NCBI GenBank assembly: GCA_023898605.1
Contig: CP060230.1
Coordinates: 466,444-530,443, forward strand
Length of the DNA stretch: 64,000 nucleotides
Source: Candidatus Nomurabacteria bacterium
GTDB taxonomy: Bacteria; Patescibacteriota; Minisyncoccia; Phycocordibacterales; UBA9973
Reading direction: 5' to 3'
Every line of letters begins with the position of its first letter. The first letter of the stretch is position 1. Shown here in pieces: positions 56,026 through 64,000 of this stretch. Both the position numbers and the translations under genes were made by a program. Under the pieces are notes generated by a model that saw only the letters and a list, made by a program, of their open reading frames with translations, was not told where the DNA came from and did no database searches.

Positions 56026-56418
56026 CTAATGGTAGCGCGGTGAATTTTCGTATTTCAGTTCGCTGAAAGCAACCCCCAAAAAAAGAGATACAAATGTCGT
56101 AAGTATTACAACACCTGTTTTCATTGGTGTGGCAACCAACATCAAACCAAAGATGATCAGAAATACAAGTCTCCCGGTATAGAAGACAAATTTTTCTTTT
56201 CCAAAACTGGTTTTGTTGGTTTCCGAGGTGATGAAAATTATCAAGAAAGAGATAATTACGCCCACTAGCGCCACTTCTTTTCCATATTCCCACGTGTTGT
56301 TGTAGAAAGTGTTTGACACCACGGGTGAAATAAGTGCAATCACGAACATAAAAATCGATCCTATTGCGAGCTCCCTTGTCAGCGGACAAAAGGTTCGCAT
56401 GATTATATTCCTATCCAT
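56026..56418 (-). CDS. hypothetical 4-TM membrane protein
   Basis: 130 aa, four hydrophobic segments; converges with the xer gene. Confidence 0.35.
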   Translation of the reverse strand: MDRNIIMRTFCPLTRELAIGSIFMFVIALISPVVSNTFYNNTWEYGKEVALVGVIISFLIIFITSETNKTSFGKEKFVFYTGRLVFLIIFGLMLVATPMKTGVVILTTFVSLFLGVAFSELKYENSPRYH

Positions 56419-56527
56419 AAGAGCTGGTTTTTCCGTATTCTTACTCTAATCATATTTTTTGTCAATAACTTACATTATTTTTCAATAAATTTTTTAAATT
56501 ATTGTTATAATAAAAAAGTAAAACTTT

Positions 56528-57700
56528 ATGGCAGCACAGAAAGTCCTTATGTTCGGATGGGAGTTCCCCCCTTTCAATAGTGGGGGTCTTGGTGTTGCGT
56601 GTGAGGCGATTGTAAAGGGTCTTTTGTCAGAAGGAAAAGAAGTAACCTTTGTTTTGCCTAAAAAAACAGACCTTTCTTATGATGGAAAAACAAAAATCGT
56701 TTTTGCAGACGACGACAACCTACATCTAAGGCCAATTGGCTCCCCTCTTACTCCATATATTATGTCCGGACTAGGTAACGCCGGTAAGTTTTTCGGTTTT
56801 TCTCTTGCAGAAGAAGTTATCGCCTATGCCAAAAACGCAGCAAAAGTAGCGTCTTCTCTAGAGTTCGACATAATCCACGCGCACGACTGGCTTTCTTTTG
56901 GAGCAGGTCTTATGGCTAGAGAAGTATCAGGTAAACCGATGATTGCTCATATACACTCGACCGAATACGACAGAAATGCTGGGCAAGGAATCAATGAATT
57001 TATATATAAACTAGAAAAAGAGGGCCTAGAAAAAGCCGACTATATAATAGCGGTTAGTAATTTTACAAAAAACATAGTGGTAGAAAAATACGGAATAGAT
57101 GAAAACAAGATTTCCGTTGTTCACAACGGAGGAGATCCTGTATATAGAGAAGAATCTGGATCTTCATACGATAGATTCCAAGAACTAAAATCTCAGGGTT
57201 ACAAAATAGTTTTGTATAACGGGAGAATAACAATACAGAAAGGTCCAGATTATTTTGTAAAAGCTGCAAAGAGAGTTTTGGAGAAATATCCAAAAACATT
57301 ATTTTTTGTTTCTGGTTCTGGAGATATGATGGGAGAGATTATGAATCTGGCTGCAACTCTCGGTATTGCAGAAAATATTTCATTTCTCGGTTTTACTAGA
57401 GGAGAAGATCTAAAGAGTCTATACAAAAGTGCGGATCTTTTCGTAATGCCAAGTGTTTCGGAGCCGTTTGGTATAGTTCCACTAGAATCACTTCACGAAG
57501 GAACTCCGGTTCTTATTTCTCACCAGTCTGGAGTTTCAGAGGTTCTATCGCACGCTTTAAAAACTGACTTCTGGGATATAGATGATATGGCGAGTAAGAT
57601 AATCGCAGCACTCCACTACCCCGCACTGTCACAGCAACTTTCTCGAGAAGGAAAAAGTGAAGCAATGTCAGTAACTTGGCAAAAAGCTTCAAAAAAATAA
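56528..57700 (+). CDS. glycosyltransferase, glycogen/alpha-glucan synthase-like (GT4/GT5-type)
   Basis: N-terminal FGWEFPP...GGLG motif typical of glycogen(starch) synthases; C-terminal GT1-like domain with E...E motif; 390 aa. Confidence 0.65.
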   Translation: MAAQKVLMFGWEFPPFNSGGLGVACEAIVKGLLSEGKEVTFVLPKKTDLSYDGKTKIVFADDDNLHLRPIGSPLTPYIMSGLGNAGKFFGFSLAEEVIAYAKNAAKVASSLEFDIIHAHDWLSFGAGLMAREVSGKPMIAHIHSTEYDRNAGQGINEFIYKLEKEGLEKADYIIAVSNFTKNIVVEKYGIDENKISVVHNGGDPVYREESGSSYDRFQELKSQGYKIVLYNGRITIQKGPDYFVKAAKRVLEKYPKTLFFVSGSGDMMGEIMNLAATLGIAENISFLGFTRGEDLKSLYKSADLFVMPSVSEPFGIVPLESLHEGTPVLISHQSGVSEVLSHALKTDFWDIDDMASKIIAALHYPALSQQLSREGKSEAMSVTWQKASKK

Positions 57701-57749
57701 TTGAGATTTATAATAAGGTTATAGAAATTTTTAAGAGGAAAAAATAGTT

Positions 57750-58955
57750 ATGATGTCCATTTGTTTATATCTTCACGTGCACCAACCATTTCGTATCAAA
57801 AAGTACAATGCTTTTTCTATAGGAAACGACAGAGATTATTTTGGTGATTTTTCTGATACAAGTTTGAACAACGAAAAAGTTTTGTATAAAGTTGCCGAGA
57901 AATCATATATACCCACAAACAAAGTTTTACTCGAACTTCTAAACAAACACCCAGAGTTTAGATTTTCTATGTCTATATCTGGCACCGTTCTAGAACAATT
58001 TGAAAAATATCATCCAGAAGTTTTGAAATCTTTTCAAGACCTAGTCAAAACAGGAAGAGTAGAACTTGTTGCAGATACTTTTTATCACTCACTCGCCTTT
58101 TTCTACTCGAGAGAAGAGTTTGAAAGACAAGTAGATGAACATCATAAAATCTTGAAAAGACTTTTCAAAAAAACACCAAAAGTTTTCAGAAATACAGAAC
58201 TTTCTTATAACAATGAACTTGCCAAGTGGGCTGACCAAAAAGGTTATAAAGCAATACTTGCAGAGGGGTGGGATCCTATACTGGGCTGGAGAAGTCCAAA
58301 CTTTGTATATAGACCAAAAGGAACCAAGAAAATAAAGCTTCTTATGAAAAACTATAGACTTTCTGACGATATTGCATTTCGATTCGGAGAGAAAAGCTGG
58401 GCTGGCTGGCCACTAGATGCATCGAAGTTCGCTTCTTGGGTTTTGGCAAACCACGGTTCCGGTGAAACTATAAATCTGTTTATGGACTACGAAACATTTG
58501 GAGAACACCAGTGGGAAGATACAGGTATATTTGATTTTCTGCGACATTTTCCAGGAGAGATACTTTCTCACCAAGATACTACATTTAGAACTATTTCTGA
58601 AACAGCAAAAGTGTATCAAGTTCGTGATGAAGTTGATGTTCCACACACTATAACTTGGGCCGATACTGAGAGAGACCTGACTGCATGGATCGGAAACGAT
58701 ATACAAAGAGCGGCACTCGAATCTATATACAAACTTGAACAAGATATTTTGAAAACAAAAAATAAAGAACTGATAAAAGATTGGAAATATCTTCAAACAT
58801 CCGATCACTTTTATTATATGTGTACCAAGTGGTGGAAAGATGGAGATGTGCACGCATACTTTAGTCCGTATTCTTCCCCATATGATGCATATATCTCTTT
58901 TATGAATGTAATAAATGATGTAAAATTAAGATTGGAAGAATTAAAAGCCAGCTAA
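57750..58955 (+). CDS. glycoside hydrolase family 57 protein (alpha-amylase / 4-alpha-glucanotransferase-like)
   Basis: N-terminal LHVHQP motif of GH57; (beta/alpha)7 barrel length; 401 aa. Confidence 0.7.
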   Translation: MMSICLYLHVHQPFRIKKYNAFSIGNDRDYFGDFSDTSLNNEKVLYKVAEKSYIPTNKVLLELLNKHPEFRFSMSISGTVLEQFEKYHPEVLKSFQDLVKTGRVELVADTFYHSLAFFYSREEFERQVDEHHKILKRLFKKTPKVFRNTELSYNNELAKWADQKGYKAILAEGWDPILGWRSPNFVYRPKGTKKIKLLMKNYRLSDDIAFRFGEKSWAGWPLDASKFASWVLANHGSGETINLFMDYETFGEHQWEDTGIFDFLRHFPGEILSHQDTTFRTISETAKVYQVRDEVDVPHTITWADTERDLTAWIGNDIQRAALESIYKLEQDILKTKNKELIKDWKYLQTSDHFYYMCTKWWKDGDVHAYFSPYSSPYDAYISFMNVINDVKLRLEELKAS

Positions 58956-58968
58956 TTATTATAAGCTT

Positions 58969-59337
58969 ATGTTTTTTAATTTTATGAAATCAAAAAGTTC
59001 TACAAAAAAAACAACAACAAAGAAAGCTGCGACAAAAAAAGTTTCCAAGAGAACTTCTAGGTCTTCAAAAAAGCCACTAGTTGTTTCTGGTGGAGAGTTC
59101 GCATTTTGGTCGAATGATGGAAGAGTACTATCTAGTCTACTAGATTTGTACAACGCACTAGATGAGATGAGTGACGATACTTATTCTTACCATGTAAATC
59201 CAGAGAAAAACGACTTTTCTATCTGGGTTGCTGAAGTTTTGTGTGACAAAAGTTGCGCAAGAGACCTTTCCAAGGCAAAAACTCGAAATTCTGCAAGAAC
59301 TTCCATCAAAAAACATCTTTCTGGCTACTCTATATAA
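58969..59337 (+). CDS. hypothetical protein with Lys/Thr-rich basic N-terminus
   Basis: 122 aa; KSSTKKTTTKKAATKKVSKRTSR tail then a small globular domain; sits between GH57 and GH15 genes. Confidence 0.35.
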   Translation: MFFNFMKSKSSTKKTTTKKAATKKVSKRTSRSSKKPLVVSGGEFAFWSNDGRVLSSLLDLYNALDEMSDDTYSYHVNPEKNDFSIWVAEVLCDKSCARDLSKAKTRNSARTSIKKHLSGYSI

Positions 59338-59344
59338 ATAACGT

Positions 59345-61321
59345 ATGGCAAGATCAATCGTTCTAGGAAACGGAAACATCTTGGTTGGTCTGGACACAGA
59401 AGGTCTTGTAAAAGATTTTTATTTTCCATATGTAGGTTTAGAGAATCATATCGCTGAAGAAAATACCCATCGAATCGGTATATGGGTCGATGGATATTTT
59501 AGTTGGATAAATAGTGATTCATGGCATACATCTATAGACTGTTTCAAGGACTCTCTTACCGGTGTTATGACCAAAACAAACAATGATCTAGGTATAGTTC
59601 TACACTTTACAGATGTTGTATATAACGAAAAGAATATTTTTATAAGAAAAATTGTAATAGAGAACAAATTTGAACAAAAAAGAAGCGTAAGAATGTTTTT
59701 TGGGCAAGAATTTGAAATAAAAGAGTCCAAGAAGGGTGATACAGCTTATTTCGACACAAAATCAAACACCATAATTCACTACAAAGGTAGAAATGTGTTT
59801 TTGATGAACGCAAAAACACAAGACAAACCAGGTTTTGACTACTACACAACTGGTGTTTATGGAATAGACGGAAAAAGAGGAAGTTTTATAGACGCAGAGG
59901 ACGGAGAATTGTCACAAAATCCAATTGAACATGGTCCAGTAGACTCTGTTTTGGGTGTTTCTCTAGAAATAGAGCCCCTTTCTGAAGAAACTGTATTTTA
60001 TTGGGTTTGTGTAGCCCCTTCTATGCAAGATGCAAGGGATTTGAACACTTATACTCTAAACAAAACTCCAGAATATCTTATAAAATCAACAAATCACTAC
60101 TGGAGAGCATGGATAAACAAGTATATTTTCGACTTCCGAGGACTCGATGATGTAAGTATAAACTCTTTCAAGAAATCACTTTTTTATATAAGAGCACACG
60201 CTGATCAGCGCGGAGCGATAATCGCATCTTCTGACACACAGATGCTAAACGGCGGTAAAGATACATACTCATATATGTGGCCAAGAGACGCATCATACTC
60301 TGCTATCGCCATGGACAGAGCCGGAGACCAAAACGTTGCCCAGAGGTATTTCTCATTTTGTCGAGATATCATAACTGAAGACGGATATTTCATGCACAAG
60401 TTTTTGCCAGATGGTTCGCTCGGATCTTCTTGGCACCCGTGGATTATGGACGGCAAAGAAATACTTCCTATCCAAGAAGACGAAACAGCAACAGTACTTT
60501 TCTCACTATGGTCTCACTACGAATACTCTCGAGACCTAGAGTTTATAGAGGAGCTTTATAATCCACTTATCAAAAAAGCGGCTGATTTCATGTGTGATTA
60601 CCGCAACAAAAAAACAGGTCTTCCCCTACCGAGCTATGATTTGTGGGAAGAAAAATACGGAGTACATACATACACCGCTGCTTCTGTGTACGGTGCACTT
60701 ATGGCGGCATCTAGATTTGCAGATATACTTGGAAAAAACAACGAAAAAACAAAATACGAAAAAGCAGCCCTAGAGGTGAAAAATGCGATAGTAAAATATC
60801 TTTTCGATAAAAGATCAAAATACTTTATCAAGAGAATAGACGCCTCAGGCAAGAAAGATCAAACTCTGGATGCATCTAGTGTATATGGAATATATTATTT
60901 TGGAGTTTTGGATGGAGAAGATCCTATGGTTGAGTCTTCTATGAAAAAAACAGAAAGAGAGTTGTGGTGCCAAGGTAACATAGGGGGAATCGCAAGGTAC
61001 GAAGGTGACAAATACTACAAAGTTCGCGATGGTTACCCAGGAAATCCATGGTTTGTTACGACACTTTGGATGGGACAGTATTATGCACAGAAAGCAAAGA
61101 ACGAAAAAGACCTAAACAAGGTGTTAGAATATATAAGTTGGGCTGCAAGAAAAGCTGGTCCTTCTGGTGTGATGCCAGAACAACTAGATCCTCTTACAGG
61201 AGACTTTCTTTCTGCGACACCACTTGTGTGGAGTCATGCAGAATATGTCAAAACAGTCTTTGCTTATTTTGATGCACTAGAGAGATTAGATATCTGCATC
61301 GCCTGCAACCCAGTAAATTAA
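59345..61321 (+). CDS. glycoside hydrolase family 15 glucoamylase/glucodextranase (archaeal-type)
   Basis: N-terminal beta-sandwich domain and (alpha/alpha)6 barrel with YDLWEEKYGVHTYT catalytic region; 658 aa. Confidence 0.75.
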   Translation: MARSIVLGNGNILVGLDTEGLVKDFYFPYVGLENHIAEENTHRIGIWVDGYFSWINSDSWHTSIDCFKDSLTGVMTKTNNDLGIVLHFTDVVYNEKNIFIRKIVIENKFEQKRSVRMFFGQEFEIKESKKGDTAYFDTKSNTIIHYKGRNVFLMNAKTQDKPGFDYYTTGVYGIDGKRGSFIDAEDGELSQNPIEHGPVDSVLGVSLEIEPLSEETVFYWVCVAPSMQDARDLNTYTLNKTPEYLIKSTNHYWRAWINKYIFDFRGLDDVSINSFKKSLFYIRAHADQRGAIIASSDTQMLNGGKDTYSYMWPRDASYSAIAMDRAGDQNVAQRYFSFCRDIITEDGYFMHKFLPDGSLGSSWHPWIMDGKEILPIQEDETATVLFSLWSHYEYSRDLEFIEELYNPLIKKAADFMCDYRNKKTGLPLPSYDLWEEKYGVHTYTAASVYGALMAASRFADILGKNNEKTKYEKAALEVKNAIVKYLFDKRSKYFIKRIDASGKKDQTLDASSVYGIYYFGVLDGEDPMVESSMKKTERELWCQGNIGGIARYEGDKYYKVRDGYPGNPWFVTTLWMGQYYAQKAKNEKDLNKVLEYISWAARKAGPSGVMPEQLDPLTGDFLSATPLVWSHAEYVKTVFAYFDALERLDICIACNPVN

Positions 61322-61332
61322 TTTTTGAAAAT

Positions 61333-62295
61333 ATGGATCAAATCAATAAGATAATTTCCGAAATCGGAAAAAAGAATTTAATAGTTCAAAACAGAGAAAA
61401 TCTGAACCTCGAGATAAACAAGGTTGTTCTTTTAGGTATGGGGGGCTCTCACATGGGCGCTGATATATATAATTCTTTTGCTATGCACGGCATCGATATA
61501 ATAAAGGGTTATATCAAGGAGTACCCTAGTCTTCTAGAAGAAAATGCTCTTTTTATACTCTCTTCTTTTTCTGGAAACACTGAAGAAATCGTTTCTTCTT
61601 ATAAAATTCTCCTAGAAAAAGGAAAAAATTTAGCCGTTATTTCAAACGGTGGAGAGCTTCTAGAAATGGCAAAGAAAAACAACACACCATATGTATTTCT
61701 AGAGTCTACTGGCATGCAACCGAGATATACTAGCCTTATTTCTGCAATGTCTATTGCCAAGATTTTGGGAAATGAGGAATTTGTAAATACTCTATCTAAT
61801 TCTTCACTTGGTTTCGACATAAAAGCTACAAAATCTACAGGAGACAACCTTTCTGACAAACTATATGGTCACATACCAGTCTTTTATTCTTCCAATAAAA
61901 ATAAATTTGTTTCGGAATTTTTCAAGATTTTTCTAAACGAAACAGTTAAAATACCTGCTTTTTCAAATACTCTTTCTGAAATGAATCACAATGAAATGCA
62001 GTCTTATCAGAAAAGTGAAAACCACAAACTCGGAAAAGATATAGCAGTAGTTTTGGTAAAAGATGAATCTGACATAGTCGAAGTCAAAAAAAGATTTTCC
62101 GCCCTAGAAGAAGTTCTAAAAGAACAAGGTGTCAAAGTCATATCTCTAGACATAACCTCAGATAGTAGGATGACATCGGTTTTGAAAGGGTTTGCGCTGC
62201 CTATACTTCTAGCTTCTACTTTAGGTGAGAGATATGGTGCAGAACTTTTCGAGGTGCCGATGATAGAAGATTTCAAAAAAAGATTAAGAAAATAA
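61333..62295 (+). CDS. SIS-domain sugar isomerase, bifunctional phosphoglucose/phosphomannose isomerase-like
   Basis: GMGGSHMGADI SIS motif and two SIS lobes; 320 aa. Confidence 0.6.
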   Translation: MDQINKIISEIGKKNLIVQNRENLNLEINKVVLLGMGGSHMGADIYNSFAMHGIDIIKGYIKEYPSLLEENALFILSSFSGNTEEIVSSYKILLEKGKNLAVISNGGELLEMAKKNNTPYVFLESTGMQPRYTSLISAMSIAKILGNEEFVNTLSNSSLGFDIKATKSTGDNLSDKLYGHIPVFYSSNKNKFVSEFFKIFLNETVKIPAFSNTLSEMNHNEMQSYQKSENHKLGKDIAVVLVKDESDIVEVKKRFSALEEVLKEQGVKVISLDITSDSRMTSVLKGFALPILLASTLGERYGAELFEVPMIEDFKKRLRK

Positions 62296-62298
62296 TTT

Positions 62299-63138
62299 AT
62301 GTACGTATATTTTGACATAGGAGGAACAAATCTAAGATGCGGTATTTCTTCGTCTCTGGAAAAAATAGACAAAGTTATCGAACAGAAAACACCAAAAGAT
62401 TTCTTCGAAGCAAAAAGACAGGTAGATACAATACTAAGGACAAACACAAATCCAGAAGAAATAAAATACATAATAGTTGGCATTGCTGGAGTTTTAGATG
62501 AAACAAAGAAAAGACTTGTTAAGGCGCCCCATCTTTCTTCTTGGGAAGATGAATCTATAGCTTTTCTTTTTGGAGATGCAAAAAATGCAAAAATAATAAT
62601 CGAGAACGATACTGCAATGGTTGGACTCGGAGAACTTTATTATGGTTCTGGCGCAGGATCCAAGATAATGGCTTATATCTCTCTTGGTACAGGACTTGGT
62701 GGATGTAGATTTGTAAATGGGAAAATAGATAACTCTACACATGGGTTTGAGCCGGGGCACCACTACATAACAGAAAACAAAACTTTTGAACAAATAGTTT
62801 CTGGAACGGCAGTTCTAGAAAAGTTTGGCATACAAGATATAACCCTTGCACCAGAAAGGGTTTGGGATGAACTCGCCGTACCTCTCGCAAGAGGCTTGTA
62901 TAACACTACTCTTTTCTGGTCCCCAGACACTATTGTCGTTGGTGGATCTATGGCTACAAAGAAGGTTGTAGTTTCTTGGGACAAAACTCTAGAAGAGTAT
63001 GCAAAGTTGCCAAAAATTTTCTCTCAAATGCCAACTTTGCAGAAGGCAAAACTTGGAAGTATCGGTGGACTCTATGGAGGTATGGCACTCGTGAATCAAC
63101 TTGTAGAAGAAGAAAAACAAAACAATATCCAGAAATAA
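62299..63138 (+). CDS. ROK-family sugar kinase (glucokinase-like)
   Basis: N-terminal DIGGTNLRCG ATP-binding motif; ROK GxGxGG-like segment LGTGLGG; 279 aa. Confidence 0.7.
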   Translation: MYVYFDIGGTNLRCGISSSLEKIDKVIEQKTPKDFFEAKRQVDTILRTNTNPEEIKYIIVGIAGVLDETKKRLVKAPHLSSWEDESIAFLFGDAKNAKIIIENDTAMVGLGELYYGSGAGSKIMAYISLGTGLGGCRFVNGKIDNSTHGFEPGHHYITENKTFEQIVSGTAVLEKFGIQDITLAPERVWDELAVPLARGLYNTTLFWSPDTIVVGGSMATKKVVVSWDKTLEEYAKLPKIFSQMPTLQKAKLGSIGGLYGGMALVNQLVEEEKQNNIQK

Positions 63139-63141
63139 AAA

Positions 63142-63165
63142 AGCCGCGAATGTTTCGCGGCTTTT
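63142..63165. terminator. bidirectional Rho-independent terminator AGCCGCGAA-tgt-TTCGCGGCT with A/T flanks
   Basis: 9-bp stem between converging ROK kinase and response-regulator genes. Confidence 0.75.
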
Positions 63166-63172
63166 GGTTTGT

Positions 63173-63562
63173 TTAACCTCTTCTGGGATACCTTGCTTCA
63201 AGGTACCTCTCGTGTGCTTTTTGGAGCTCTTCTGCGTCGAGTGCTTCATGTGCCCCAGCCTTGATCCCTTTATCGTTTGTATCGGGGCTGTCACTGGTCA
63301 TGATAATTTTTGCCTCCGGGCTGCAATCTTTTATGGCCTGGATAAGATCTACTCCATTTCCAGGATTAAGGTTACCGTCTAAGTAGACGATGTCCCAATC
63401 TATAGGAGAGTAAATTTTATTCTTGGCGTCTTCGTAGGTCTTGCATAAAAAAATCTCTATTTCTCCAGGGTTTTGGTTTTTTGCCAGAAAAATCAACGCT
63501 TCACCCTTGTGAATGGCGTTGTCTTCAATGATAAGAACCATTGTTGTTCCTCGTGTTGCCAT
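63173..63562 (-). CDS. response regulator receiver (CheY-like) domain protein, stand-alone
   Basis: MVLIIEDNAIHKGEA...IYLDGNLNPGNG...(K) receiver-domain motifs; 129 aa with no output domain. Confidence 0.6.
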   Translation of the reverse strand: MATRGTTMVLIIEDNAIHKGEALIFLAKNQNPGEIEIFLCKTYEDAKNKIYSPIDWDIVYLDGNLNPGNGVDLIQAIKDCSPEAKIIMTSDSPDTNDKGIKAGAHEALDAEELQKAHERYLEARYPRRG

Positions 63563-63657
63563 ATATAGTGCTTTTATTCCAATACTTTATATATCTATAT
63601 ATTATTTTTGTCAAAGATAAATAGTAAAAAGTCTATAAATAATCTACAATATGTAAT

Positions 63658-64000
63658 ATGAATTACGAACTTCAAAAAAAGTTTTTCAAAACAGCTTATA
63701 CGACAGGATCAGATACATGGAGCACTATTTCCAAAGACTCTGACATAGAAAGTTTCCTGGGTATATTGCCCAAAAGCGCTCTACTACTAGACCTCGGAAG
63801 CGGACGAGGAAGACTAGCATTTTCTATCGCCAAAATGGGGTTTAGAATAATCGGCCTAGACTATATAGAAGATATAAACGAGAAAAATAACAAAGAAGCC
63901 AAAGAAGAAGGTCTAGAAGGAAAACTAAAGTTTTTTTCTGGAGACGCACTGGATATACCTTTTACACGAGAAAGCTTCGACGGGGCTATCGATATCTCTC
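63658..64000 (+). CDS. class I SAM-dependent methyltransferase (3' partial, runs off the window)
   Basis: LDLGSGRGRLAFSIA glycine-rich SAM-binding motif I, acidic motif II (GLDYIEDI). Confidence 0.5.
   Translation, partial: MNYELQKKFFKTAYTTGSDTWSTISKDSDIESFLGILPKSALLLDLGSGRGRLAFSIAKMGFRIIGLDYIEDINEKNNKEAKEEGLEGKLKFFSGDALDIPFTRESFDGAIDIS

Noticed and set aside
1-64000. Alternative genetic code (UGA recoding, as in some candidate phyla) considered
   Set aside because: All long housekeeping ORFs (polA, pnp, PBP1A, the 1160-aa VirB6-like protein) are continuous under the standard code with conserved motifs in frame, so no recoding is needed

Overview
This 64 kb window reads like a small, low-GC (roughly mid-30s % by eye), tightly packed bacterial chromosome fragment, in the style of a CPR/Patescibacteria genome. 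Long ORFs are uninterrupted under the standard code, many genes sit 1-20 bp apart or overlap, Shine-Dalgarno signals are scarce, and housekeeping genes are interspersed with many secreted or membrane proteins of unknown function. It contains the chromosomal replication origin neighbourhood (rnpA-rpmH-yidD-yidC-jag diverging from dnaA-dnaN), recombination and repair genes (ruvA, mutM, polA, ruvB, ruvC, uvrD/pcrA, comM/yifB, xerC/D-like) and translation genes (rpsT, rpsO, rpmH, tyrS, tsaE, ksgA, pnp). It also holds two tRNAs (Arg, Lys), a DsbB/thioredoxin oxidative-folding pair, a class A PBP, an orphan type IV pilus/T2SS ATPase (PilB/GspE) and a 3' alpha-glucan metabolism cluster (GT glycogen-synthase-like, GH57, GH15 glucoamylase, SIS PGI/PMI, ROK glucokinase). 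The most notable content is a roughly 15 kb chromosomally embedded type-IV-secretion-like module (28.4-43.4 kb). It comprises a VirB4-family ATPase, a giant VirB6-like polytopic membrane protein with a long charged C-terminal tail, an NlpC/P60 cell-wall hydrolase, a small 2-TM VirB3/PrgI-like protein and several large signal-peptide proteins. No coupling protein (VirD4), relaxase, VirB11 or integrase is visible in the window. Secondary points of interest are a candidate structured sRNA upstream of ruvB (22-bp closing stem, dual promoters), GC-rich structured elements flanking tRNA-Lys, a palindromic operator upstream of a Fur/Zur-like gene, a repeat-bearing low-complexity surface protein, and several -10 elements abutting start codons (possible leaderless mRNAs). 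All calls come from reading the translations and DNA by eye. No database searches were run.
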